Positions 36,076-47,955 of a DNA stretch of 64,000 nucleotides are shown in pieces. The notes beneath the pieces were generated by a model. The model was not told the origin of the DNA and searched no databases. It saw only the letters and a program-made list of their open reading frames with translations. The stretch is from Macrostomum lignano (lineage: Eukaryota). Location of the stretch: positions 124,001 to 188,000 of the forward strand of contig NIVC01001371.1 in the NCBI GenBank assembly GCA_002269645.1, in the 5' to 3' direction. A program made the translations under genes and the position numbers. Every line of letters starts with the position of its first letter. The stretch's first letter is position 1.

Positions 36076-37097
36076 AGGTGGTGGTTTGGTGATAAAGGTC
36101 ATTCAGACCCCACCTTTGCAGCCTCATATACCATCAAGCTTGGTGTTTGTTTCGCTTTTTATACCTTTAACTGAACCTGCAGCTTTCTAACCGCTATTTT
36201 TTTACTCTGGCCTTTTATAACCGCTTGCTCGCTTCCTGCCTACCTTTGCTGCATAGATACTACTGCTATCCCACTGAAATTTCCGTTTGTATTTTGTGTT
36301 TTCATTGTTGTTCATAAACCAAAAAGCATTAATACCTATAATTATTAAGTTTTCAGAACACGTGGGATTATTAATAGACGGTTTGCATGACGCTTGCGTT
36401 CTACTTTGAATTGTTGTTAATTGCACTTTTAGTTTATATTCTTACTAATAACAGTAGTGCCGCAGTAAAATTTAGCACTTTTTGTACCCCATGTAAGCCT
36501 GATACTGCGCCCCACACGATGCATCTGTTTTAGCGGGCCCGTGATTGGCCCAGCCGAGTCTGTCTGTTCATCAGCTGGTCCGGTTCTGATTGGCTGCGGC
36601 TTCGCCACCAACCTAGCCTTGCCTCGCACAGCTGTAACGGCTTGGATTTTTGTCCTGCCCAATTGCATGCCCGCACGCCTTGCGTGACCGCAGCTTTGTA
36701 CTTTTAGGGAGCGTTTTCGATGGACTTTTTACCTATTTGTTTACCTTGGTTACTGGGCGCGAGTCCCACCGTTTGCATCTAATGCGTTAAGTCTATTTTA
36801 ACTAATTACTTTTTTCCTACTTTTGTCTTTTTTGCACCGATTTTACTCGTATATGTCAAAGAGTTCCGGGCGAAACGATGTTTTAGTCTGAATAATTTTA
36901 TTTGCGAATGCACAAGCAGGTTGAATTCGTATTAGTTTATTAACTTGTTATCTTCACCTCTCATTGCGTTAATTATTTCATTCACGACATATTTGGTCAC
37001 AGGGTTTAAGGAATAATTGTTCCTTTGGTGAAAGAAGATTCCTGACAACATCTTTCTTCGAACTCCAACGATAAATCTATCCGAATCTATCGACGAT

Positions 37098-38510
37098 AGA
37101 TCCTTCAGCTGGACCAGCCGCCCTCCCAGATCCTTCAGCTGGACCAGCCGCCCTCCCAGATCCTTCAGCTGGACCAGCCGCCCTCCCAGATCCTTCAGCT
37201 GGACCAGCCGCCCTCCCAGATCCTTCAGCTGGACCAGCCGCCCTCCCAGATCCTTCAGCTGGACCAGCCGCCCTCCCAGATCCTTCAGCTGGACCAGCCG
37301 CCCTCCCAGATCCTTCAGCTGGATCAGCCGCCCTCCCAGATCCTTCAGCTGGATCAGCCGCCCTCCCAGATCCTTCAGCTGGATCAGCCGCCCTCCCAGA
37401 TCCTTCAGCTGGATCAGCCGCCCTCCCAGATCCTTCAGCTGGACCAGCCGCCCTCCCAGATCCTTCAGCTGGACCAGCCGCCCTCCCAGATCCTTCAGCT
37501 GGACCAGCCGCCCTCCCAGATCCTTCAGCTGGATCAGCCGCCCTCCCAGATCCTTCAGCTGGACCAGCCGCCCTCCCAGATCCTTCAGCTGGATCAGCCG
37601 CCCTCCCAGATCCTTCAGCTGGACCAGCCGCCCTCCCAGATCCTTCAGCTGGACCAGCCGCCCTCCCAGATCCTTCAGCTGGACCAGCCGCCCTCCCAGA
37701 TCCTTCAGCTGGATCAGCCGCCCTCCCAGATCCTTCAGCTGGATCAGCCGCCCTCCCAGATCCTTCAGCTGGACCAGCCGCCCTCCCAGATCCTTCAGCT
37801 GGACCAGCCGCCCTCCCAGATCCTTCAGCTGGACCAGCCGCCCTCCCAGATCCTTCAGCTGGATCAGCCGCCCTCCCAGATCCTTCAGCTGGACCAGCCG
37901 CCCTCCCAGATCCTTCAGCTGGATCAGCCGCCCTCCCAGATCCTTCAGCTGGACCAGCCGCCCTCCCAGATCCTTCAGCTGGACCAGCCGCCCTCCCAGA
38001 TCCTTCAGCTGGACCAGCCGCCCTCCCAGATCCTTCAGCTGGATCAGCCGCCCTCCCAGATCCTTCAGCTGGACCAGCCGCCCTCCCAGATCCTTCAGCT
38101 GGACCAGCCGCCCTCCCAGATCCTTCAGCTGGATCAGCTGCCCTCCCAGATCCTTCAGCTGGATCAGCCGCCCTCCCAGATCCTTCAGCTGGACCAGCCG
38201 CCCTCCCAGATCCTTCAGCTGGATCAGCCGCCCTCCCAGATCCTTCAGCTGGATCAGCCGCCCTCCCAGATCCTTCAGCTGGATCAGCCGCCCTCCCAGA
38301 TCCTTCAGCTGGACCAGCCGCCCTCCCAGATCCTTCAGCTGGATCAGCCGCCCTCCCAGATCCTTCAGCTGGACCAGCCGCCCTCCCAGATCCTTCAGCT
38401 GGATCAGCCGCCCTCCCAGATCCTTCAGCTGGATCAGCCGTCCTCCCAGAAACTTCAGCTGGATCAGCCGCCCTCCCAGAAACTTCAGCTGGATCAGCCG
38501 TCCTCCTAGA
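37098..38510. repeat. Highly homogeneous 30-bp tandem array, 47 units (AGATCCTTCAGCTGGA[C/T]CAGCCGCCCTCCC)
   Basis: AGA starts at 37098 and at 38508, giving 47 x 30 bp; essentially one polymorphic site. Confidence 0.97.
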
Positions 38511-39439
38511 TCGTTTCAATAGCAAAATGAAAGCGTGTTTAGTTTTTCAAGGATGTTTGTATATATTCTCAGTTATTAAAGCTTCTTCAAGAATGTGATA
38601 CCTAGCTGTACCAATTAATTTTTTTTGAAATTTTACCTAGATACGGGATCTCCATAAATCTTATCTACATATAAATAAATATGTGTATGCTATTATTGTC
38701 TCTGCACCTGCATGCGATGTAGCTAATTCCGTTATTAATTTGGCAGAGGTCGTACCTGCTTTACAATTGCACAATGCTAGTCTGAATTTTATTATTGTTA
38801 TTGTTGCATCCGCAGTGAAATATGATGCATTGCCAGTAGCCAGTCAAAACCAGATTACTTGTCAGCTTGGCCTGTGCTATGACTTATATTAGCCGTGCTA
38901 CTGTATGGAGAAAACCTTGTCCACTATATACGTGCTAGCCATCAACTGTGATTGTGTCATAACTGGCTAAACCATTATGCACGCTTGCAGAATTGTTTGC
39001 TACTAATTAATATTAGCCTTCTGTCATGTGTTTGGCCATTGTTAATATATATATACATAGTGTTACAAATATATAGCTCGTAGCGCACACAGGCTTGTGG
39101 CTTTAAATATAGCGCAAAAAAATCTATTCGGTAGCCTGCGTTTTACTTATTTAATTTGATTTTGAGCTGGGTTTTTTAGCTAGGCTATACAGATTTCAGT
39201 TATCGTTTAAATTGATAAACGGCATTCAGAATAGCGGGCGCGGGCCCGCTTTGCCTTTATGTCGAATGGGCCACACCCTTTGGCTCTCCTCGCCATGGCC
39301 TCATTGATCTGTATCTGGTTGTTTCCTATGCTTGCTTGCTCTTATCATCATCTTCGCTTTGCCGCTCCTTGGTCTGAGTCGTCTCGATCGACTGGAAAAT
39401 AAGGATCAGTCCATTAGCGACAACGGCGCTTTCGGGGTG

Positions 39440-39446
39440 TATAAAA
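39440..39446 (+). promoter_or_regulatory. TATA box of the neuropeptide gene
   Basis: TATAAAA 49 nt upstream of the ATG at 39489. Confidence 0.65.
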
Positions 39447-39488
39447 CTGGCTAAATGGTAAAGCTTTAAGAGTCTGCCTTTTTTCAAA

Positions 39489-40097
39489 ATGTCTGTCTGC
39501 AAGATTTTGTTGGCTTTATCGCTAGTCGCTACTGCAGGCTTCGGCTTGTGCGCGAGCGGCCACTTTGTTTCAACCGGCGGCGGAATCGAGATCGTGCCGT
39601 CTGAGGATTGTCAGCTATCGAAGGTTGCTAATGGTCCGATATCGAATGACGGTGATAACTTAGACAGAACTGACGACGGATGGACTGAGGCATTCGCTAA
39701 AAGGCAGATGTTCCGGTACGGCAAGAGGCAGATGTTCCGGTACGGCAAGAGGCAGATGTTCCGGTACGGCAAGAGGCAGATGTTCCGGTACGGCAAGAGG
39801 CAGATGTTCCGGTATGGCAAGAGGCAGATGTTCCGGTACGGCAAGAGGCAGATGTTCCGGTATGGCAAGAGGCAGATGTTCCGGTATGGCAAGAGGCAGA
39901 TGTTCCGGTACGGCAAGAGACACATGTTTCGGTACGGCAAGAGACACATGTTCCGGTACGGCAAGAGGCAGATGTTCCGGTACGGCAAGAGACACGTGTT
40001 CCGGTACGGCAAGAGACACATGTTCCGGTACGGCAAGAGGCAGATGTTCCGGTACGGCAAGAGGCACATGTTCCGGTACGGATTGGAAAAAAAGTAG
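39489..40097 (+). CDS. Intronless FRYamide (RYamide-type) neuropeptide precursor
   Basis: Signal-peptide-like hydrophobic N-terminus (MSVCKILLALSLVATAGFGLCA), an acidic spacer, then 15 x [Q/H]-[M/V]-FRY-G-KR (11 QMFRY, 3 HMFRY, 1 HVFRY) and a terminal HMFRYGLEKK. TATA upstream; AATAAA at 40174-40179. Confidence 0.95.
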   Translation: MSVCKILLALSLVATAGFGLCASGHFVSTGGGIEIVPSEDCQLSKVANGPISNDGDNLDRTDDGWTEAFAKRQMFRYGKRQMFRYGKRQMFRYGKRQMFRYGKRQMFRYGKRQMFRYGKRQMFRYGKRQMFRYGKRQMFRYGKRHMFRYGKRHMFRYGKRQMFRYGKRHVFRYGKRHMFRYGKRQMFRYGKRHMFRYGLEKK

Positions 40098-42257
40098 TAG
40101 CTACACTATCTTGTATGGTGTGGTGTAAAGAACTTGTGGCTATCCTAAAGTCGTCTCTACGTGTTGTAGCTAAAATAAACATTTACTTCGCTATAACATG
40201 TACATGCAGATGCATTGCAACGTAATGGTTAATCTTTTTGAGCGAAATACATCTGCAATAGTACGGCAGTTTATCGCCGATTGTGTTGGCCGTGTACGGG
40301 GTGTGTCGCGAGTTATAAATTCAGTTAAAAAATTGCGTATCCTACTTAAAGTAGCGACACGTAAAAGCTAGCATGGTTTGTCACTTTTCAAACGTTTGGT
40401 TGCGATAAATGGTCCATGAATTTTTCGTGCACGCACAAATGTACTATATAATTCCTTGCCCCTTTATTTCCATGGCTTATCATAAGAACCAACCAGGTTA
40501 TGACTAACTGCAGTGGAAGCTTTGTCAATCTTTGGATGTACTTTTACTACAGCTAGGCAAGATATTCGAGCTAGTCTGCTGGGGAAAAGGTAGAATCAGA
40601 GGCAGCTGAAGAGCAGGAACAGCCACGCACAAGAGAAAAATTGAACCATTTTGTATCTAGTGCCGGCAGCACACTACGGATGAGGAAAGCTGCACAAACT
40701 GCCACAACCACAAATATCAAATAGGACGGGTACCGGACACTAAAAAGTACAAATAGATATTATGAAGTTTTGGAAAAACAATTATAGACGAGAATTTGAA
40801 CGATTCGTAACAGTGAGAGGGAATGATTATAGTTTAACGTAGGGGTCTATGAGGATTTCTCGCAGAGGTTTGCCCGCGCGAGGTTTTCCCGCAGGGATAC
40901 AAAATGGTCAATTTGATGTTTCAATAGGGAAAGGAAAAGATTATAAAAAATTAAACTCTCATTTTCAGCCATCATCCACCTGTAACAAAGAGCGGTGCAG
41001 TAATTAGCACAACTAATAATAAAATGAAGGAAAACAGCAAGAAACGCAAACTCCTTTACCAAAGGTTTGTGACAGGAAAGCTGAATACCAACAACATTAA
41101 TAATATAATTACCAGCAGCGTTATGTCATAATCTGTGGCGAAACACAATTTTAATAAGCAGTGGGTCACAGTCTGTCACACGCAAGTACTTTAAAAAACT
41201 AAGTGAAAAATAGAAACGTTATATTCATCAAAAGAAAACAAACGGCAAGGCGAGCGGACAAAGTGAAAACTGTTAAACTTTAAATCCGCAGCAGCGCTCG
41301 AACGAAAAAAATAATTTTTTTGCAATCGTTCGGTTAGACCGACTAAAGAGGCTTATTAGCCTGAGCTGCATCATTTACCCCTTAAACTGGCCCTCTAGGC
41401 CATGCGAACTCGAAATAATCCGAAGAGCACCTCTAATTAAAAAGAGGCAATTCAAGCAAGAATTGCTGAAGTTCGCACCGAAATACGAATGTTTATTAAC
41501 TACAGCGAAAGGAATCGGACAGGCAGCAGAGGCGCAAACACATGGTCGGGCGAAAATTATTGTCGGTACAATAACTACCTGCTAATTATAGCACAAAATA
41601 CTACTTATTGAATCATGAAGCAAGGGGTTTTGGGGCAAGATCTAAAAAAAATATGCTAAACATAATAAACAAATTGACTGAAGGCCAGACAATGCTAGTA
41701 CACAGTTTAGTAGAAAAATTTATCCCTGGGTGCATGCAGTGCGATAAATGGTTTATATTCCCCATTTATACCCAAATAAAGCATTTTTGCCCTAGACACT
41801 TGGTATTAACGGGGAATATGTGATGTATCCACCACTTAAGGTAGAAGCAGCGTAACAGGGAAAGCGTTAATTACATTAAGACAATTTTTAAAAAATGATT
41901 TGATGTCTATGGTCTATAGCAGAATTTCTATACCATATTCTGCAGATTCAGACATGCGGTGAATGTTTCAGACAATTCTATCTATGTAGCCAAGTGAGCA
42001 GTTAGAAACAACGTTTTAATATTGTCTTTGGGCGAGTGAAATAAACCGTTTATTTGCACCGATGCAAATAAATGAAATTTACACTGAGACCATAGATAGA
42101 CGTTCGTCCGGGGCAAGTGCGGGATAAATAGCTTTATAAACGCACATAAAACATCAAGACTCAAGTTCATTGTTATATTTTATAACTTCAAAGATACAAC
42201 AAACTCCAAACACAAAATGCACCCAGACATATCGGTTATACACTGCACACAAGGATC

Positions 42258-43784
42258 CTACAGCAGCATGCCATTAGAACGGAAGAAATGCAGTACACCC
42301 TCATAGGTGGTTAGCACTATACAGGTGTTAGGAATCTGGCGAACAAAATGAGTCAGCAGGCCTTTGTACATGGCGCGGAAGCCTTCCTCTTTGACAACGA
42401 GGCGCACAGTCTGGACAAGGCCGGTGTACTTTGAGCCCTCCTGGCGTAGGCGGGTTCGCAGAACTTCTGCAATTTGTATTTTTTAATATAATCACCCTAT
42501 TAACTGAGGCTCAAATGGCAAATGACAAACCTTGACCTGATATGAAGGTCGGATAGGGAGGCTTTGCGGGCCGCTTATTAAACTAAAAAACTATATAGAC
42601 CAACTGATAGATGATTGACTTCAATTGTCATACTTGCTTTGTAATCAGACGAACTTATGTCTGTCAGAGGATTAGTGTTATAATTATACTTTCGTATGAT
42701 GGTCAAAAAACGTTGTCCATCCCACTTTTATGGTTATTGCCAGGATTTTTCTATTGTATGAAGATCCGCCTCCGTTATTTTCCCAAATTTTTCATGATTT
42801 CCTCAGCAGGTATTCAAATAAGAGCAAAATATACAAACACGCCAACTAGCCAGTTAACCGAGATTCAACACAATCTTGTTGCATTGGCCATGCTGTGCTG
42901 GACCGCACCGCGCGCGCACGCATTCGGCAAGCGAGTGCGCGTGACGCCCCACCTCCCGCTGTGCTGCACTATTTTACAACTGGCCCAGCCTGGAAAGCCT
43001 AAGCTTGGAAAGAACGGGGAGCTTTCCGCTTTGGTGTAGAGAGTAGAAATGGAGGTGGAGGGTTGTACGAGTGAGAGAACAACTCAGACGCAAGAGCTTG
43101 CCAGTGGGAGGGCAGAGGCGCAAAAGTGCAAACAAAAAAACAAACTATGAATGCTTTATTTAGTCCAAATGAATCAGAAATGATAATGATAAGTTTAGAA
43201 GAATTTGACTGGACTGAACAGGCAGGCCTCACCGTGCGGATAGCAGGCCACGGTCACGGTTGACTTGGACAGCATGCTGGCAATTGTGCAGAACACCATC
43301 TCGTCAGCCCTGCTGACTCCGCCGTGATCCGGCAATTCCATACCGTCAGCCGCGGCGCCTTGGCGAGACCATTCGATTAGCCTGCGCTTCAGGTGCTCGT
43401 ACATCACAAAGTGTAGCGAAGTCTCCGCTATGCCCAGATAGGACGCCTGGATGCCCCTGTAGAATCCTAATAGCCCGCTCGTAGACCACACTTCGCGGGC
43501 GCAGCGCCACACGGACAGCGGGTTGGCGGACGGCCTGGCGCGGGTTTTGAGAATAAATGAATAGTATAGAGCTTGTCTGCCTGCCTATCCGCCATAGCTA
43601 TCTATCTCTCTCTTTATCTATCTATCTGTCTGTCTATCTATCTATCTATCTCTCTATCTATCTATCTATCTGTATATCTATCTATCAATCTATCTGTATA
43701 TCTATCTATCTGTATATCTATCTGTCTATCTATCTATCTGTCTATCTATCTAGCTATCTATCTCTCCGTCTATCTATCTGTCTG

Positions 43785-43835
<51 letters not shown>

Positions 43836-43876
43836 GTCTATCTATCTATCTATCTCTCTATCTATCTATCTGTCTG

Positions 43877-43907
<31 letters not shown>

Positions 43908-46900
43908 CTCTATCTATCTATCTCTCTATCTATCTCTCTATCTATCTATCTACGAGTAATTTCCAGCCCCATAAAGACAAACTTATAACAATGAGTTCGT
44001 ACACTTGAGTGCAATTTAGCTTAGTAAATAATTATCTAATACCAGTTAGCTTGCCTATTAGCTTCAAATAGAGCCGACAACAACATCTAAGACAGAGAGA
44101 AACATTTTTTAGAACTTTTCAAGCTAATGTAAGATAATAGACTAAAAGCTCCGGAGCAAGCACACTAAATGCACTTGATAGCTAAACTGCGGCGCGTGAC
44201 CTCAGCTTATAGTTGGAGTGTGCTCAACTGAGAGCCGAGCTTAAAATATGCACTCCCAACTGGCAAGCAACTTAACAGTTTACTACCTGAGTTACGAACG
44301 GATGAGTACAATAAATAAGACTGCTAAGCCTTTAATTAATTATTCATTATTTACAGTCATTCAATCCAGATTCTGGCTTAGTAAAGAAGTTCTTATGGCA
44401 AGAAATTTTGATTTGGTCACCGAAAACTAAAAGTTAGTTTTGTAACTATCTAGTCGCGATCGAGAATGTCGCTAGCCATCATTATAGCTGAAAGTTAGCA
44501 GAGCCGGCAGCGGTTAGTACGCAACTGAATAGGCTGCTTGCTCAAGGGAGTCGCAGTGAGCATTAGAGTTTTTTGACGATATGAATATGAAGTTTCGAGA
44601 TTACAAAAAACTTTAGACTAATTAGAGATGAGAAATAGTTATATGGATTGGGGTCCCACCCCAGCTCTAAGGCTGAATAAAATTTCGAGAACCCACGATT
44701 GGTCCAGCTGCAATCTTGTCTTCACAAACCAAATCGGATTGGTGACAGTCGAGGATACAAAGCTGGAGAATGCGGCCGCTAAGACAATATTGCTGTGCGA
44801 GCCTTTGGAGAAAAATTGCGAGAACATCTCCTGGCCGTTAAAATAGGCGCTAAAGTAGATCGCTCTGGATGGCAGCACGCCCAGTACCGTCATGCTGAGC
44901 CCTTTAAATAAGGCTCGGAATCCTTCGGTGTGTTGAATATAACGCAGGCACTGATAGATTGACATGCTCTGCTGGGTAGCAACTACCGGCTGCGGCTTGC
45001 TAATCTGCACATGATGATGATGGTGCTGGTGAGAGCCCACAACAGTGGAGGCTGCGCCAGTCCTGAATAGCTTCATCAAAGCTGGCGTTGCGCCGCCGAA
45101 ACGGGCTGGCGATTGGGACAAGATTCTGTTGTCATGCCACGAGTTAACTGAGCCTTGCAGGCGAGTCTTCACTACTTCAAGCGGCGAGGTGACGATGGCA
45201 CCGACTGTCCCAGCGAATCTAAAATTGACCATATTGTTGGAGTAAATAAATTAAAACATAATGGAAATTCTACCAAAATTTATAAGACATAACTAACACA
45301 AGCTGGAAAGCAATTGCCCTGCCCTAACACTTTGTATTGGTACCAAATAAGCTAAAAATACTGTGTTTGTGTATGAGATTTTACTTCAACTCCTATTGTT
45401 AAAACTTATTGTTTATTCACTAGCTTTTTCTAATTCTTTGCTATGTACGAGCTATATATATATATAGAATACATATATTAACAATATAATATTGATATTA
45501 CATGTAGAATAAAGACATCTATAGAATAATTGATATAATACATTCAATTAATAAAACAAAATCATCTTGTTTATTAAATATTTTATGATTTTATACCAAA
45601 GTAGGATTATGATTCCAATGTTTGCTAGGATCTTGGGATCTTAAGATCATGGGATAAGATAGGAAGAACCAAACAAGATCAATTTAATAAGATCCTAAAT
45701 TTTAAAATTTTAATTAAATAGCAGCTACAGTTTTATAGTTATTAGGATTGGGATCTATAGGATTATATGACTTATCAGTTGTCAAATTTGAGTGTTATAC
45801 TTTATATAATAGGCCTTAACTATTTTACAACATATATAAGCTAGAGGCTTAGAGTTTCAAAGATATTAATTTACAGTTTATTTTGAACTTTTTGACTAAT
45901 GTTAATTGAGATCCTGATTATCAATTAGGCATCATAAATTTAGAGCTAAGGTGCCAAATGACACTATAATTCTGATGCTTAAAAACCTGGGTGAATACTC
46001 AATGATAATGTTTTATTTAACTTTTAATTCTAAAGACATTTTGATAAAAACATAATTGATAAGCTATTTATATAATTTTATCTTCATGCATATGAGTACC
46101 AACAAATTTGTTAATATCTTACATCTAGTTTGTCAACTCTATTAACAAATTTGGTTATTTGACTATTTGTTATTGATTATTACTATATATTAAAATTAAA
46201 AAGAAAGCCTATTATTTATATAGAGTTAATATAATGAAAGCTAATCATTTATATTTGGTATGTATTTTTTAAAAGCTGTTGAAACTTAAGGATTTTAAAC
46301 CTGCTAAATTATAATCCTAGAATTATTTTTGTATATATTTTGAAATCTAAATGCTTCCAATGGTGCTCTGCGTGTACAACGTGCTTAAGCAGCTGATCTC
46401 TGCCATCATGGCAATGTACCGTGATACGACAGCTGCTGTGACAACACCAGATGGACTCCTTTGAGACATCCTCCGGAGTACTGCAGGGAGATACGCTGGC
46501 GCCATTCCTGTTCGTCCTGGTGCTTGACTGGGTGCTGCGGACTGCTCTTCCAATGATACTGACGAGGACGGTTTTCTGCTGCGGTGACGCGTGGGTCAAT
46601 GTCAACCGGAGAAGTGGCTCAGCATGCTTGGCTACGCCGACAACCTCGCCCTGCTGTCCTTGACTGTTGAGGGCGCCCAACGGCAGCTGGACAGGCTAGT
46701 TGCCGTTGTGGCGAGTGTTGGCCTGGTGGTCAACATGCAGAAGACCGTTGTGCTCTGCGTGCCAGACGACATTGGCACTGATGGGCAGGCGACTGAACTC
46801 CCGCGATGTCAGCAGTTTGTCTACCTTGGCGGTCTGGTTCCAGACGCTTGCGAGGACCTGCGAGGCTGCCGCAGGCTTGCCTGGGCTGCCTTTTGTTCTG

Positions 46901-47955
46901 TGAGGGCAGTCCTGCAGTTCGAGGCCCTACTGGACTGCCAGAGGGCGGTGCTGTTCCAGGCAATAATCGAGACTGTCCTTCTCTACAATGCCGAGACCTG
47001 GACACTGACGGACTCACTCGAACAGCAAGTCGATGCAGCGCATGCTGGCCTGCTGCACGCCGCCTTCAACATTGGCATTGAGCAAGTCACCAATGCGTCA
47101 CTCTATCGTCGCACTGGCCTGCCACATCCAAGTGATCTACTGTGCCGTCGGCAACTCCAGCTTGCAGGCCATCTCATCTGCGCCAAGTTGTACTACCCAA
47201 AGCCGGTGCAGGAGGTGCTGCTGCTCACGCTGCAGGCACCCTACTGGCAAGGTCAAGCGCAAACTTGGCGTTATGATGACTATCTGCTGGCTGATGCTGG
47301 TGCCCTGGACACTGCCGGTGGCGCGGCCTTTGTTTGTGCCCAAGCCATGAAGCATGCCCTGTGACGCTGACTTTTGCCATCCTGATAGTGTATTTTGTTG
47401 TTGTTGTTGTTGTCTGAAATCTGAAGTAATATTTCAACAAAAAATAGCTAATAGTTAAGATAAGCTTAGGAGATAATAGATTCATATATATATATGAATA
47501 TGTATATTTGTATATTTATGTGTATATTTATAAGGTAATGACACATTAAAGTCTTTAATAACTTTTTGCTCATTAAATTAAAAATAGGCCTATATATTGC
47601 TTTAAACAATAGGCTTACCATTATATAGGCCTAGTATTAGGCAAGTCTGCCTTGACAAATTAATTAGCCTATAGCATATAATAAGGCCTAGGCCTTTTGC
47701 AAATTAAATTTTGGAACTGCAGATAACATCTGGGTCTAGCATAAAACATGCAATTATTATTCTTGGACTTGGTATTTGGTATTTTTAGACTCAGATTAAC
47801 ATTACTATTAGTAGCATATTTAACTCTAATATCAATTATAAAAATGCTAATATAAGCTTAGGTATATATTATAATCCAATAGTCAGAGTAATAGATTAAT
47901 AGGTAACTTACCCTCCAGCAATAAGATGAGCAGCACTTCCATCCAGAACTACCAT
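42258..47955 (-). CDS. SLC25A36: Mitochondrial pyrimidine nucleotide carrier, SLC25A33/SLC25A36 (Rim2) family, 4 exons
   Basis: Exons 47912-47955, 44697-45218, 43233-43534 and 42258-42466, phase-consistent. Sequence [36 protein letters not shown] with three carrier signatures: [24 protein letters not shown]. Confidence 0.92.
43600..43952. repeat. (TATC)n / GATA-type microsatellite
   Basis: Read directly. Confidence 0.95.
46335..47415 (+). mobile_element. 5'-truncated RTE-like LINE in SLC25 intron 1 (antisense to host), partly CpG-decayed
   Basis: [38 protein letters not shown] (YADD->YADN), [25 protein letters not shown]; (TTG)n tail at ~47395-47412; frameshifts and a TGA at a CGA-like site. 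Confidence 0.88.

Noticed and set aside
37077-38525. 482-aa minus-strand ORF (GPAEGSGRAA repeats)
   Set aside because: It is open only because the 30-bp unit has no stop. Variant units are non-synonymous in this frame, it has a non-ATG start, and there is no gene context.
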